A DNA stretch of 45,930 bases from contig JAJZCB010000022.1 of assembly GCA_021846285.1 (NCBI GenBank), forward strand, positions 1 to 45,930, given 5' to 3'. Below, piece after piece: positions 8,290 through 18,131 of this stretch (position 1 is the first letter of the stretch; every line of letters begins with the position of its first letter). Under the pieces are notes generated by a model. That model was not told the DNA's origin. It did no database searches and was given only the letters and a program-made list of their open reading frames with translations. The stretch is from Bacillota bacterium (GTDB taxonomy: Bacteria > Bacillota > Bacilli > Alicyclobacillales > SLC66). The translations under genes and the position numbers were made by a program.

Positions 8290-10170
8290 TCACACCATGA
8301 TTTTGCAAATATCGTTGGTAAAATCGACCGGATCATGGATTGGCAGTCCTTCAATGAGCAGTGCTTGATTGTAGAGCAGATTCGTGTAGAGAGTCAATTT
8401 CTCCTTGTCGTGTTCAAAAGCCGCTCTTAACGATTGAAACACATCGTGGTTGATGTTGAATTCCAACACCTTTTCAGCCTTGACGTTTTGGTTGTTCGGC
8501 ATGGCTTTCAGCACCTTCTCCATTTCAATGGTGAGTTCGCCGTCAGCCGTTAAGCATACAGGGTGGTTCTTGAGTCGCTTGGAGATCCTGACATCCTTCA
8601 CCTTGTCGGCCAGAATCTTTTTCATTTCGTCAAACATGGCTTGGTTCTCATGCGCCTCTTGCTCCGTCTGCTCCTGACTCTCGTCAACTTCAATGCCCAA
8701 ATCGCCGCTGGACACCGACTTGAATTCCTTTTCTTTGTACGTTGTCAGCATTTTGATGGCGAACTCGTCGATATCTTCAATTAGGTACAAAATCTCATAC
8801 CCCTTATCGATCACAAGTTCGGTCTGGGGCAACTTCTCTATCCTTTCATACGTATCGCCGGCCGCGTAATAAATGTACTTTTGCTCTTCCGGCATTCGTG
8901 AAACGTATTCATCCAAAGTGACCATTTTCTTTTCTTTCGACGAGTAAAACATCAGGAGATCCTGCAACACGTCTTTGTTACTTCCATAATCACTGTAAAC
9001 CCCGTACTTCAACTGTGTGCCAAAAGACTTGTAAAACGTTTCATACTTCTCTCTGTCGTCCTTTAACAGGCGTTGCAATTGACTGGTAATTTTACTCTTG
9101 ATGTTTTTCGCGATTAATTGGAGTTGCTTATCTTGTTGCAGGATCTCTCTGGATATGTTCAGCGACAAATCTTCCGAATCGACCATGCCTTTGACAAAGC
9201 TATAATAATCCGGAAGCAGGTCTGGGCTTTTGCTCATGATGAGCACACCGTTTGAATACAGCTCCAATCCCTTTTCATATTCCTTTGTATAATAGTCAAA
9301 GGGGGTCTTCTCAGGGATATACAAGATGGCGTTATAGCTCACAGCGCCATCTACGCTGATGTGGATATGTTTTAAGGGCTTGTCAAAGCCGTAATGCTTC
9401 TCCATGTAGAAATTTTCATAGTCTTCATCCGTGAGCTCATTCTTATTCTTTCTCCAAATCGGAACCATGCTGTTGATCGTTTGTTCTTCCCGGTATTCTT
9501 CGAATTCGCCTTCACTGCCTTCCTTCGGCCTATGCTTCGTTACATCCATTTTTATCGGATAACGGATGAAATCAGAGTACTTCTTAATCATCGATCTCAA
9601 TCGATACTCGTCCAGGTAATCGTCGTAGTTCTCGTCTTCTGTACTCTCTTTGATTTTTAAAATAATCTCCGTACCCACGGCATCCTTTTGATCTGCCGCA
9701 ATCGTGTATCCGTCCACCCCGGACGATTCCCACTTAAACGCAGTTTCGCCCCCTAATGCTCTGCTGATGACCGTGACTTCGTCCGCAACCATAAATGCGG
9801 AATAAAAACCGACACCAAATTGCCCGATAATGTCATGCCCATCTTTCGCTTCATTATCCCGCTTAAAAGTCAAAGACCCGCTTTGGGCAATCACGCCAAG
9901 GTTATTTTCGAGTTCATCTTTGGACATGCCAATGCCAGTATCCAAAATCGTCAATGTTCGGGTGGCCTTATCAGCCGCCACCTTTATGTAGTAATTATCT
10001 TGATCAAAGACTAAGTTTTGATCCGTCAGCGCCTTGTAGTAGATCTTATCAATCGCATCGCTCGCGTTTGAAATCAATTCCCTCAGAAAAATTCCCCGAT
10101 GAGAGTAAATGGAATTAATCATCAACTCTAACATCCGCTTCGATTCCGCTTTAAATGGCGTTTTTTGCAT
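8290..10170 (-). CDS. htpG: Chaperone HtpG (Hsp90)
   Basis: Unmistakable Hsp90 N-domain ([23 protein letters not shown]). Start ATG 10170 with GAAAGGGGA upstream. The gene is visibly AT-richer than its neighbours. Confidence 0.95.
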   Translation of the reverse strand: MQKTPFKAESKRMLELMINSIYSHRGIFLRELISNASDAIDKIYYKALTDQNLVFDQDNYYIKVAADKATRTLTILDTGIGMSKDELENNLGVIAQSGSLTFKRDNEAKDGHDIIGQFGVGFYSAFMVADEVTVISRALGGETAFKWESSGVDGYTIAADQKDAVGTEIILKIKESTEDENYDDYLDEYRLRSMIKKYSDFIRYPIKMDVTKHRPKEGSEGEFEEYREEQTINSMVPIWRKNKNELTDEDYENFYMEKHYGFDKPLKHIHISVDGAVSYNAILYIPEKTPFDYYTKEYEKGLELYSNGVLIMSKSPDLLPDYYSFVKGMVDSEDLSLNISREILQQDKQLQLIAKNIKSKITSQLQRLLKDDREKYETFYKSFGTQLKYGVYSDYGSNKDVLQDLLMFYSSKEKKMVTLDEYVSRMPEEQKYIYYAAGDTYERIEKLPQTELVIDKGYEILYLIEDIDEFAIKMLTTYKEKEFKSVSSGDLGIEVDESQEQTEQEAHENQAMFDEMKKILADKVKDVRISKRLKNHPVCLTADGELTIEMEKVLKAMPNNQNVKAEKVLEFNINHDVFQSLRAAFEHDKEKLTLYTNLLYNQALLIEGLPIHDPVDFTNDICKIMV

Positions 10171-10272
10171 AGGAAAGTCCCCTTTCACCCAGTCTCAATG
10201 TGCATTTGGCGTCCCCGTGATGCATACGGCATCGAATTAGCACTCAACACCAAAGAGTGCTGACACTAATGC

Positions 10273-10446
10273 TTATTTTACATATCTTTTGGTTCTCGTC
10301 AATTTTGCTTCCCGTTCGTATGATGAGGTCACCCGACCGCAGTGGACCAGTATCATGTCGTCAGTGATCTCTTGCGCATCGTGGAGCACATGCGTGAAGA
10401 ACAGGATCGTCGCCTGTTTCTTGTCATATCCTCCTGTGGATCGAAA
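10273..10446 (-). pseudogene. C-terminal fragment of an ABC transporter ATP-binding protein
   Basis: Own translation gives ...GGYDKKQATILFFTHVLHDAQEITDDMILVHCGRVTSSYEREAKL, the H-loop region. An in-frame stop lies immediately upstream and there is no start. Confidence 0.45.
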
Positions 10447-10593
10447 TCATTGACATGTCCTGAACTTATCGTAAGAAACCCAGGGGTCATTTTCAACAGC
10501 CGACTATTCACAGCAATTGCAATTCTATATCAAAGTGATACCATAATGACATCATGCGGTTTTACAATACACATCCAGGGAGTGTATGCCACA

Positions 10594-11436
10594 ATGAAAG
10601 AACGCCGCGTATTTGCAATGAACGGATTTCTCGCACTGCTTGTCGCGATCCTGCTCGCAGGATATGCATACGAAGAGATGATTAATCATCAACTTTCGGA
10701 GGCGGTGATCGCGCTGCTTTTGCTGGCCGCGATCGCATCGGGGATTTTTACGCTGCAGCCCAACAAGGCGGTCGCCGTCATGTTTTTCGGCAGTTACCTG
10801 GGTACAGTGCGCAAAAGCGGGTTGTGGTGGTGCTTTCCGCTTACCACTAGGCGAGGCATCTCGCTGCGCGTGCGCAACTTTAACAGCGAGATCCTGAAGG
10901 TCAACGACATTAACGGCAACCCGATTGAAGTCGCCGCCGTTGTCGTATACCGCGTCATCGATTCCGCCAAGGCGCTTTTTGACGTCGAGAACTATGAAAA
11001 ATTTGTGCAGATCCAAAGTGAAACTGCACTACGCCATGTGGCATCCCGGTACCCTTACGACGCGTATGAACACGATCAGCATTCCTTGCGCGGCAATGCT
11101 GCCGAGATCTCGGAAGAACTGGCGCAGGAACTGCAGCAGCGGCTACAGGTCGCGGGGGTCGAGGTGGTGGAAGCCCGCTTTACCCACCTAGCGTACGCGA
11201 CAGAAATCGCGGGAGCGATGCTGCAGCGCCAGCAGGCGGCCGCGATCGTCGCCGCGCGGGGATTGATTGTGGAGGGTGCAGTGGGCATGGTCAAGATGGC
11301 GATCAAAAGCCTGGAGGAAGAAAACATCATCGAATTGGATGAAGAACGCAAGGCCAACATGGTCAACAACCTGATGGTATCCATCACATCCGAACGCTCT
11401 GCACAGCCGATTATCAACACCGGCACGCTGTATTGA
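10594..11436 (+). CDS. SPFH/band-7 (stomatin/prohibitin-like) domain membrane protein
   Basis: N-terminal TM, then an SPFH core and a coiled-coil tail. AGGGAGTG ribosome-binding site before ATG 10594. The upstream part of the track ORF 10342.. was rejected. Confidence 0.8.
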   Translation: MKERRVFAMNGFLALLVAILLAGYAYEEMINHQLSEAVIALLLLAAIASGIFTLQPNKAVAVMFFGSYLGTVRKSGLWWCFPLTTRRGISLRVRNFNSEILKVNDINGNPIEVAAVVVYRVIDSAKALFDVENYEKFVQIQSETALRHVASRYPYDAYEHDQHSLRGNAAEISEELAQELQQRLQVAGVEVVEARFTHLAYATEIAGAMLQRQQAAAIVAARGLIVEGAVGMVKMAIKSLEEENIIELDEERKANMVNNLMVSITSERSAQPIINTGTLY

Positions 11437-11448
11437 GTTCGGCGCAAC

Positions 11449-11652
11449 ATGGCGAAAAAACAGTTTCCACTCCGCCTTGACCAGGCACTGTACGACATAC
11501 TCGAACACTGGGCGGCAGACGAGTTGCGCAGCGTCAACGCGCACATCGAATTTGTGCTTCGCGAAGCAGCCAAGCGCGCAGGAAGGTTAGGGCAAAAAGA
11601 AACTCCTGCGCCGGATCGTCCTGCGCAAGGCTCAGAAGCAAACAGCGAATAG
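11449..11652 (+). CDS. Arc/MetJ-type ribbon-helix-helix DNA-binding protein
   Basis: [40 protein letters not shown] fits the Arc-family beta-strand plus two helices. Confidence 0.5.
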   Translation: MAKKQFPLRLDQALYDILEHWAADELRSVNAHIEFVLREAAKRAGRLGQKETPAPDRPAQGSEANSE

Positions 11653-11701
11653 TGAACTCGTTCAGCTAATGTGGGTTTGCATGGTGGAGGCGAACTTACA
11701 C

Positions 11702-11804
11702 CGCCAACAAGCCTAACAAGGGTAATCCATTTGGTTCTGTAGATCTCGGCGCAGCAAGTATGCCATCGTGGCTGGCCGCCCGCAGAGCCTCCTCACAGCT
11801 ACGG
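11702..11804 (+). repeat. Dispersed ~105-nt repeat family R2, copy 1
   Basis: cgccaacaagcctaacaagggtaatccatttggttctgtagatctcggcgcagcaagtatgccatcgtggctggccgcccgcagagcctcctcacagctacgg. ~96% identical to 45533-45635, in the same orientation. Confidence 0.7.
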
Positions 11805-11909
11805 TCGAGGTATGCCGTTCCCGTCAGCCCAAATGTTGTCGGATCAATCTGGGTACTGGTTTGGCCGTTTGTATCCGTGTACATATCAGACTCTTCTATA
11901 AACACGTTA

Positions 11910-11967
11910 CTTGACTCTTGCAAAAATCTCTCCGTCGAATGATGTCGAGATTTTTGCAAGAGTCAAG
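11910..11967. repeat. Perfect 21-bp inverted repeat (hairpin) with a 16-nt loop
   Basis: cttgactcttgcaaaaatctc / gagatttttgcaagagtcaag, ~100 nt after R2 copy 1. No T-run follows. Confidence 0.6.
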
Positions 11968-12462
11968 TCATTAGTTCTAAGCCTCAGCCTTAGTCCAACA
12001 AGCCCTACTACCTTCTACCACCTCTCAGTCCTTCAGTCTAAGAGACGCCGGAAACACTGTCATTACAGGGATTCGATTACAAATATCCTTTGGGGAAGAT
12101 CACGCTATCCACTCGCATATTGCTCTCCACCTCGTTTTCCAACTGGATAAGACCTTCTTCGAGTTTCGGTTGCATGATCGGCAGCTTAATAAAAGGCCTC
12201 TCCCGTCCAAAGAACTTTATAGTCTGGCAATCCAGGTAACCGCCCCACTCCAGACAATGACATTGCTCTGAACGCGGCCGGTAAAACAGGTTTCTGCTCA
12301 ATCACTTGCAGGCATATACCGATAGCCACTGGGGAATAGCAGTCAGAGGATCATGCGGGTCTAACTGGCGGTGAAGGATTTACCGCCCATGGCGGCAACC
12401 AATACATACATGAAAAAGCAGGAATTCTGTCGAAAAAAGAAGGCCTTCTGAGAACGGACGAG

Positions 12463-12690
12463 TCATTTGTTATGATCAAATGTTTGTCTGTCGATACCTA
12501 GTTGTTGCTTCAAAATCCGACGAAAAAGTCCTTTCCCAATCTCACCTGTTCCCTTAGATACGGCAGTTCTGCGAATTGTTCCATCGGGTTCAACTCTTTC
12601 ATAGATTTTGTCTCGACCTGAAGCGCGCACCAGAACGAACCCATTACTCAGCAAATAACGTTCCAAATCACTCCAACTCGGCATCGCCAT
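12463..12690 (-). CDS. hicA: HicA-family mRNA interferase toxin
   Basis: MPSWSDLERYLLSNGFVLVRASGRDKIYERVEPDGTIRRTAVSKGTGEIGKGLFRRILKQ fits the HicA/YcfA family. Confidence 0.7.
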   Translation of the reverse strand: MAMPSWSDLERYLLSNGFVLVRASGRDKIYERVEPDGTIRRTAVSKGTGEIGKGLFRRILKQQLGIDRQTFDHNK

Positions 12691-13099
12691 GCAACATGGA
12701 TGCAACCGCATCCATACTATCCTCAATCAAGATTCGGAGAACGTAAGGAACGTGTTTTTTGGTGTTTGGGGCACTTGCATAGTGATGGAAGTTGGACATA
12801 AAATCCTTTGCGTATGCAACCAAATGTAATGCCAGGTTCATTCGCAGTTCTTCCAAACAACTGCCATCTGCCACGATGAAATCAATTTCTTCCATGGAAC
12901 CAGCATAACGACCGTCCTCGTCCACTTCAAACTCGTAGTTAAGTCCATAAGCGGACAGCAGCGCTCGCATCTGTGATACAGACAGCGCTATAATGACATC
13001 GCGATTCCGCCTTACGACTTGCGGTTTTTCTCGGACGACGGTATCAATAAACTCACCAAAGTTAGCCCGCACATGCGTGGCACTCAACACCGCTTCCAT
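12668..13099 (-). CDS. Antitoxin: Phd/YefM-like N-domain fused to a HicB-like domain
   Basis: N-terminus SATHVRANFGEFIDTVVREKPQVVRRNRDVIIALSVSQMRAL is Phd/YefM-like. C-terminus YEFEVDEDGRYAGSMEEIDFIVADGSCLEEL is HicB-like. AGAGGTG before ATG 13099. Overlaps hicA by ~20 nt. Confidence 0.5.
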   Translation of the reverse strand: MEAVLSATHVRANFGEFIDTVVREKPQVVRRNRDVIIALSVSQMRALLSAYGLNYEFEVDEDGRYAGSMEEIDFIVADGSCLEELRMNLALHLVAYAKDFMSNFHHYASAPNTKKHVPYVLRILIEDSMDAVASMLHGDAELE

Positions 13100-13145
13100 A
13101 AGCACTCACCTCTTGCCTCCAATCATAACACAGAATCGAACATAT

Positions 13146-13166
13146 GCACAGAGTGCATATAGTGTA
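13146..13166. promoter_or_regulatory. Candidate autoregulatory operator: perfect 9-bp inverted repeat CATATGCAC-aga-GTGCATATG upstream of the antitoxin gene
   Basis: Seen directly in the sequence, in the promoter-proximal region of the HicA/antitoxin operon. Confidence 0.3.
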
Positions 13167-13327
13167 CATTCTGCGCGTTCTTATGAAATATATGCGAGAA
13201 GTGCGTGAAAAGAATTCAATGGTTGACGAAAGGAAAATCGTCAAGTCCCGTTTACAAACCGCCTTCGGGCGTTTTTTACTCCTTTGAATGACTTCCTACG
13301 AAAATTCTCCTGCAGAAATGATGTAAA

Positions 13328-14965
13328 ATGGATGGGTGCCCTTTTAGGACAGTGATGGATCATGGAACAAACCATGAACGGAATGTGATGATCGTGACCG
13401 GTACCGTTGATCAAGTGACGACCTTTGTAAAGGAAATGTCATTGACTGAATTGCAAAACGTGGTGCTGCGGCTGTCTGAACAAAACGAGCATGTCCATGC
13501 CGCATTACATCAGGTGTGGAAAGAAAGAGAACGGGAAGCCCGCGTGCGGAAATCGGTTGCATGGGAACCCGCCGACTGGCTCGATGCAAGAGAGCATTTT
13601 GAACCGATCATTCAAGACGAGTTGGGCCAGTGCGCCAGCTTGTTTCAAGATCGTTATGAATACGCTTATCGGGGCTATAATGATTACGATTCAGAAGATG
13701 GCCGGTGGGATTATACTGCAGGACTGGAACAGCTCGAGCGCTGGTTTGCGGAAATGCTGGAAATGGCGGCTGACGGCGAGTGGGTTGATGCTTCTGTCGG
13801 TTTGCTGCTGACGTTGCAAAAATTGAATAAGTGGGCCATAGAAAACGGAGATGAAGATATTGACGGTGAAGATTTGCAGGAGGAATGCGAATCTTTCTGG
13901 TCGAAAGCGGACGAGCTTGCAGCGGTGATTCGGAATGGGCCGGCTCCCGCTGCGAACAAAAGTGCGTTCTTTCAGGAACTGATGGACTGGATCGCAGGAA
14001 TCTGCGAAGAGGACGACGATTGGTCAATTTGGAGAGAACCGCTTCGTTCATGTTTGTTCTCCCCGGCTCATTATGAGCGACTGCGAGAACATGTGGTACG
14101 ACTGGAACCGGCCTTATTGTCGAATAGTCCAGCAGAGAAACCTGTCGATCCGAAGCTTCTGCGATGGTGGGTTCAAGCCAGCCTTGATTCGGGTCATGAA
14201 GCGGAAGCTCTGCAGACAGAAGCAAATCTGACCGCTTTCGATGCAGAGACTTCTGCTTGTTTTGTCCACTATTATGAACGACTGGATCGAACGGACGAAG
14301 CCGTTGCCCGACTGCAGTCCATCGTGGGACACATGCAGGAGATTCAACGGAAATCGTCTGAACCCATGTTTGTGCATCGCAACTATGGATATGGGCAGCA
14401 GGCGAATCATTATTTTGAATGGCTGGTGGCGATACTCGTACGGACGGGGCGCCAGAGAGAAGCGGAAGCATGGCGTGTCCGATGGTTCGAAGCCCTGCCT
14501 TCGCTGGAATTGTTTAAGCTCTGCCTTGAAACGTTACCACCGGATGAAAGAACGTCTCAGGCGGAAAACTGGCTCACTCATGTTCGTTTGTTGGGGGGCT
14601 ATACAGATCTGCTGATGGACATGCATTTACACCTCGACGATCCGGATGGAGCCTGGCAGGTCTATCTGGAAAAGGGTAACGCCACATCTGACTGGTTGAG
14701 CGATTCTGCACGGAGGTTGTTCAAAGTAATCAAGCAGCATGATCCGATTCGGCTTGTTCCACTACTTCGTCAATTTGCGGAGAATAGAATTTCTGAGAAA
14801 AAACGGACCAGCTATCAACGGGCCACTGAATGGTTAACGGAATTGAAATCCGTCTATCATCTGCTTGGTCAAACAGAACAATGGAATCGCTGCTTGCGGG
14901 AAGTGAGGGAAAGTCACCGTCGTCTGCCGGCTCTACAAGACGAAATAGCAAAGGCCAAGCTTTAG
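13328..14965 (+). CDS. Large acidic, Trp-rich hypothetical protein (up to 545 aa), no recognisable domain
   Basis: Long uninterrupted ORF. Start ambiguous among 13328, 13355 and 13388. Confidence 0.55.
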   Translation: MDGCPFRTVMDHGTNHERNVMIVTGTVDQVTTFVKEMSLTELQNVVLRLSEQNEHVHAALHQVWKEREREARVRKSVAWEPADWLDAREHFEPIIQDELGQCASLFQDRYEYAYRGYNDYDSEDGRWDYTAGLEQLERWFAEMLEMAADGEWVDASVGLLLTLQKLNKWAIENGDEDIDGEDLQEECESFWSKADELAAVIRNGPAPAANKSAFFQELMDWIAGICEEDDDWSIWREPLRSCLFSPAHYERLREHVVRLEPALLSNSPAEKPVDPKLLRWWVQASLDSGHEAEALQTEANLTAFDAETSACFVHYYERLDRTDEAVARLQSIVGHMQEIQRKSSEPMFVHRNYGYGQQANHYFEWLVAILVRTGRQREAEAWRVRWFEALPSLELFKLCLETLPPDERTSQAENWLTHVRLLGGYTDLLMDMHLHLDDPDGAWQVYLEKGNATSDWLSDSARRLFKVIKQHDPIRLVPLLRQFAENRISEKKRTSYQRATEWLTELKSVYHLLGQTEQWNRCLREVRESHRRLPALQDEIAKAKL

Positions 14966-15175
14966 TCGAACAAGAGACCCGCTTTGAGGGCTCGTTGGCG
15001 CGTGGGCAGAACGGAATTTTGAATCCCGCAAGAAACCGAAGCTCACGGCGTGACGGTGCAAAAGTCCGATCCCACCATGACCCCGGATTAACCGCAGGCC
15101 GTGGTCGCTTGAGTTCGTCTTAATTAACCATAAATGCGCCCGCGAACACTATTCATTATCCAGGACCTCCCGGGT

Positions 15176-15496
15176 TCAGTTCCCCCAACCAAGTTTGTTT
15201 TTTGCCTCCAGGGTCATCATATCGGGTGTCCAGGGTGGATCGAAAACAACGTCCACCTTGGCAGACGCCACATTGTTCACATGCATGACCGCCCACTCCA
15301 CAGATCCGCTGATACTGTCGTGCATGGGGCACCCAGGCGTCGTCATCGTCATGCGGACAGCGACATCGCCTTCGCCGGGCTCTGTGATCTCGTACACAAG
15401 CCCCAGTTCGACCACATTCAGCCCCAGTTCTGGATCCAGCACCTCTGTCAAAGCTTGCCACACTTCTTCCAAATTGACCACAAGCGCACCCCTCAT
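15176..15496 (-). CDS. DUF59 / SufT-like Fe-S assembly protein (MIP18 family)
   Basis: VLDPELGLNVVELGLVYEI...TPGCPMHDSI...VDVVFDPPWTPDMM. Start at Met26 (ATG 15496). Confidence 0.7.
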   Translation of the reverse strand: MRGALVVNLEEVWQALTEVLDPELGLNVVELGLVYEITEPGEGDVAVRMTMTTPGCPMHDSISGSVEWAVMHVNNVASAKVDVVFDPPWTPDMMTLEAKNKLGWGN

Positions 15497-15935
15497 TCTC
15501 TGATCGCGGCGATCATGCGCGAGAATTACATATTGCATATCATGACAGGCGAACTGCATGACTAAAGTCAAACTCCAAGGTTTCTGGCGCGCCCTGAGCG
15601 TACCAATTCACGAAAGTAATTTATGTGCGCCACATCACACTTTTCACAACTCCTCCTCATCAGTCCGAGTTGTCCTGCGCGTGTTCCACAATTGTGCGCT
15701 CAATCGCTCAATCACGCCTGGCGCTTTGCGCCACAAGTGGTTCCATCGCAGTTTACTCCTCTCTCTCCAAAACGAACTGTACAAACCCAATGCGCTTGCC
15801 ACAAACATGCGCCAGGTGTGACATAACTCATAGAATGAATTTCCGACAATATCTAAGATAAAAATGCATGGTTGGATAGGTACAGATTCGCGTTTCAGAT
15901 GTGGATTCGCATCGAATGAGTGAGGATGATTCAGG

Positions 15936-17228
15936 ATGTCAAGAATCGTCGTTGTCGGCGGCGGGATCGCCGGGCTGTCTGTGGCAGGGTTGCTTGCTGT
16001 CAGAGGACATCGGGTGACGTTGGCCGAGAAGATGTTCGAACTCGGCGGACGCAGCATCATGCAGGAGAGAGACGGCTTTCGTCTGAATTATGGAGCTCAT
16101 GCTGTCTATGCGCGAGATCGGTCAGCCATGCAGAAGGTGCTCGACACGCTGGACGTCAGGGTGGACTTTATTGCGCCAGATCTGGATATGGTGCGCTACA
16201 TTACAGAAACGGGAAGGGAAAGTGGCCCGCCTGTCGGTCTGATGAGTTTACTCCACACAAAGTTATTGCCGAGGTTTCGTGACAAGGCCCATTTTGTGCA
16301 CGCTATACTGAGCATTCTTGTATCCGCAGGAATGCCTGGCGACAGTGTGTCCTTTCAGGAATGGCTTGACCGAAGGAACTGGACTCTGGCGACCAGGAAC
16401 CTGTTGCTGCATCTCGTTGCCACGAATTTCTTTACGGAACAACCAGGCGACTTGCGTGCGTCCACGGTTCTGCGCTACTATCGGCGCGTCCTACGAACGA
16501 AGCATCCCGTTTCCTATATTGTCGGCGGGTGGGGCGCCCTGGTTCAAAGTCTGCGGGAACGTCTGGAGAAGGCGGGTGTTCAGATTTTGGAGAAAACCGC
16601 CATCACCGGTCTGCAGTTTGAACAGTTCGAATTAAAGCGCGTGCAGTCGCGCAATGAAGTACTCGAGGCTGATATTTTCGTGCTGTGCGCGCCGCCGACA
16701 GCGCTGAAAAAACTTGTCGCTGATACTCCTCTGTCGCCTTTCGTTGTTCCCTACGCGGCGGAAGAACCTAACACCGCGCTTGTCTACGATGTGGCATTGA
16801 CAAAACGCGTCCGAAACGATGTCTCCTACGTCAGCGACATGAAGCGGCACGTGTTCATTACAGATCCATCGCTCTATGACTCGTCCTGCGTTCCTGACGG
16901 AGGCCAGTTGCTGCAGGCCATCGCCTACACGTCCGCAAAAGCAGCGGACGACGAGGCGGTTTTGACAGAACGTCGAAACGCTGTCGAGTCTCTGTACGAT
17001 GCGTATTACCCCGGTTGGCGCGAGGCGCTGGTGTTCTCGCGGGTAACCGACCAGGCGGTCGTCCAAGGAATTGGTTGGGGCCGCGAACAAAAGCGTTTGC
17101 CAATGCATTTCCAGAACTTCCCCAACGTTTATTTTGCCGGGGACTGGTGCGATGCGGCGGGCAGTGTGTCAGACGTCGCATTTGCTTCCGCATTGACGGT
17201 GGCTTCAGCAGTGGGAATGGCTTTGTAG
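15936..17228 (+). CDS. FAD-dependent oxidoreductase (phytoene-desaturase/amine-oxidase-like)
   Basis: IVVVGGGIAGLSVAGLL dinucleotide fold. ~430 aa. Confidence 0.7.
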   Translation: MSRIVVVGGGIAGLSVAGLLAVRGHRVTLAEKMFELGGRSIMQERDGFRLNYGAHAVYARDRSAMQKVLDTLDVRVDFIAPDLDMVRYITETGRESGPPVGLMSLLHTKLLPRFRDKAHFVHAILSILVSAGMPGDSVSFQEWLDRRNWTLATRNLLLHLVATNFFTEQPGDLRASTVLRYYRRVLRTKHPVSYIVGGWGALVQSLRERLEKAGVQILEKTAITGLQFEQFELKRVQSRNEVLEADIFVLCAPPTALKKLVADTPLSPFVVPYAAEEPNTALVYDVALTKRVRNDVSYVSDMKRHVFITDPSLYDSSCVPDGGQLLQAIAYTSAKAADDEAVLTERRNAVESLYDAYYPGWREALVFSRVTDQAVVQGIGWGREQKRLPMHFQNFPNVYFAGDWCDAAGSVSDVAFASALTVASAVGMAL

Positions 17229-17286
17229 CGCACCAGACCATGCATGGTCGCAGGCAGAATATCATCGAATGCAGGAGGGGTTTTAC

Positions 17287-17586
17287 ATGCTAAGCGGCAG
17301 TCAGTTTGAGGAATGGTTAGAACAGTTACCCGATCAGAAGGTAGACGGATTTGAAGAGGCGGTTCACGCTGCGGGCGCAGCATTTTCAGAACGCGAGAAC
17401 GACGGCATGGTCCGCAACTGCATCAGCGGTTTTTACGGCGACAATCCGTACGTATGGGCAGAGGATTCAGTACAAACAATCTCAACAAATTGCAAAGGGA
17501 GCGCCGAGGCGAGAAGGGTTGTCGTCACCGTTGTCAGTGAGGCTCTGACAACCTTGGGACAGTCGGCGCCTGTCGTTGCCAAATAA
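17287..17586 (+). CDS. Hypothetical protein (99 aa)
   Basis: AGGAGGGG ribosome-binding site before ATG 17287. No recognisable domain. Confidence 0.4.
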   Translation: MLSGSQFEEWLEQLPDQKVDGFEEAVHAAGAAFSERENDGMVRNCISGFYGDNPYVWAEDSVQTISTNCKGSAEARRVVVTVVSEALTTLGQSAPVVAK

Positions 17587-17619
17587 ATATAAGCTGGATT
17601 GCGGTGCACGGTGGCTGGT

Positions 17620-17856
17620 ATGAAGGCGGTGTTCGATATGTTGGCCGAATTGAAAGCGCGCCTGGAGGAAACAGGACGGGCTGTGTTCATGGCGGATAGT
17701 ATCCAGATGGTGTTGTACGAGAATGAAACGGATCACAGCTTTGTGCTTGAAGAACAGGACTATGGGGCGGTCTGCTTCGCCTTCTCGCTGGAGGACGCCC
17801 TGTCCTGCGTGCTGGATCACACTGGCGGCGAGGACGTCCAGCTACTGGATGAGTGA
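17620..17856 (+). CDS. Hypothetical protein (~79 aa)
   Basis: Follows the previous gene. Weak ribosome-binding site. Confidence 0.3.
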   Translation: MKAVFDMLAELKARLEETGRAVFMADSIQMVLYENETDHSFVLEEQDYGAVCFAFSLEDALSCVLDHTGGEDVQLLDE

Positions 17857-17916
17857 GCGATTCAACCGCGCTACCGCATTCTGCGGGAATCGCGTCACCT
17901 GTGTACAGAGTGCTGA

Positions 17917-18072
17917 GGAATCGACGGAAATGAGCATATTCTGGATGGCGGAAAGGTATTCACGTCAAACGGCGGCGTCGCCGATCTATTCGTCGTATTC
18001 GCCGTGACCAGCGAGGGCGCTCAAGGCGGAGTAAAAGTACAGACCCTGCGCGTCTGTATATGCGGCTGTTGA
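17917..18072 (+). pseudogene. Internal fragment of an acyl-CoA dehydrogenase gene
   Basis: GNEHILDGGKVFTSNGGVADLFVVFAVT matches the ACAD YxLNGxKxFITNGGxADxxxVFAxT motif. Stop codons on both sides and no start. Confidence 0.5.
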
Positions 18073-18131
18073 TTCAGGCGGCGCCCGATTCCGGTCGCAG
18101 GGCGCCGTCTGTCTCGCCATCACACGCCGCA

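Noticed and set aside
10342-10593. N-terminal extension of the SPFH gene (track start 10342)
   Set aside because: The reading frame there has no coding character. The minus strand there encodes an ABC-ATPase remnant. AGGGAGTG plus ATG at 10594 precedes the first TM helix.
12077-12301. 74-aa ORF on the minus strand between the 21-bp hairpin and hicA
   Set aside because: No ribosome-binding site and no recognisable domain. It lies in a region that looks like decayed or noncoding DNA. Possibly a remnant.
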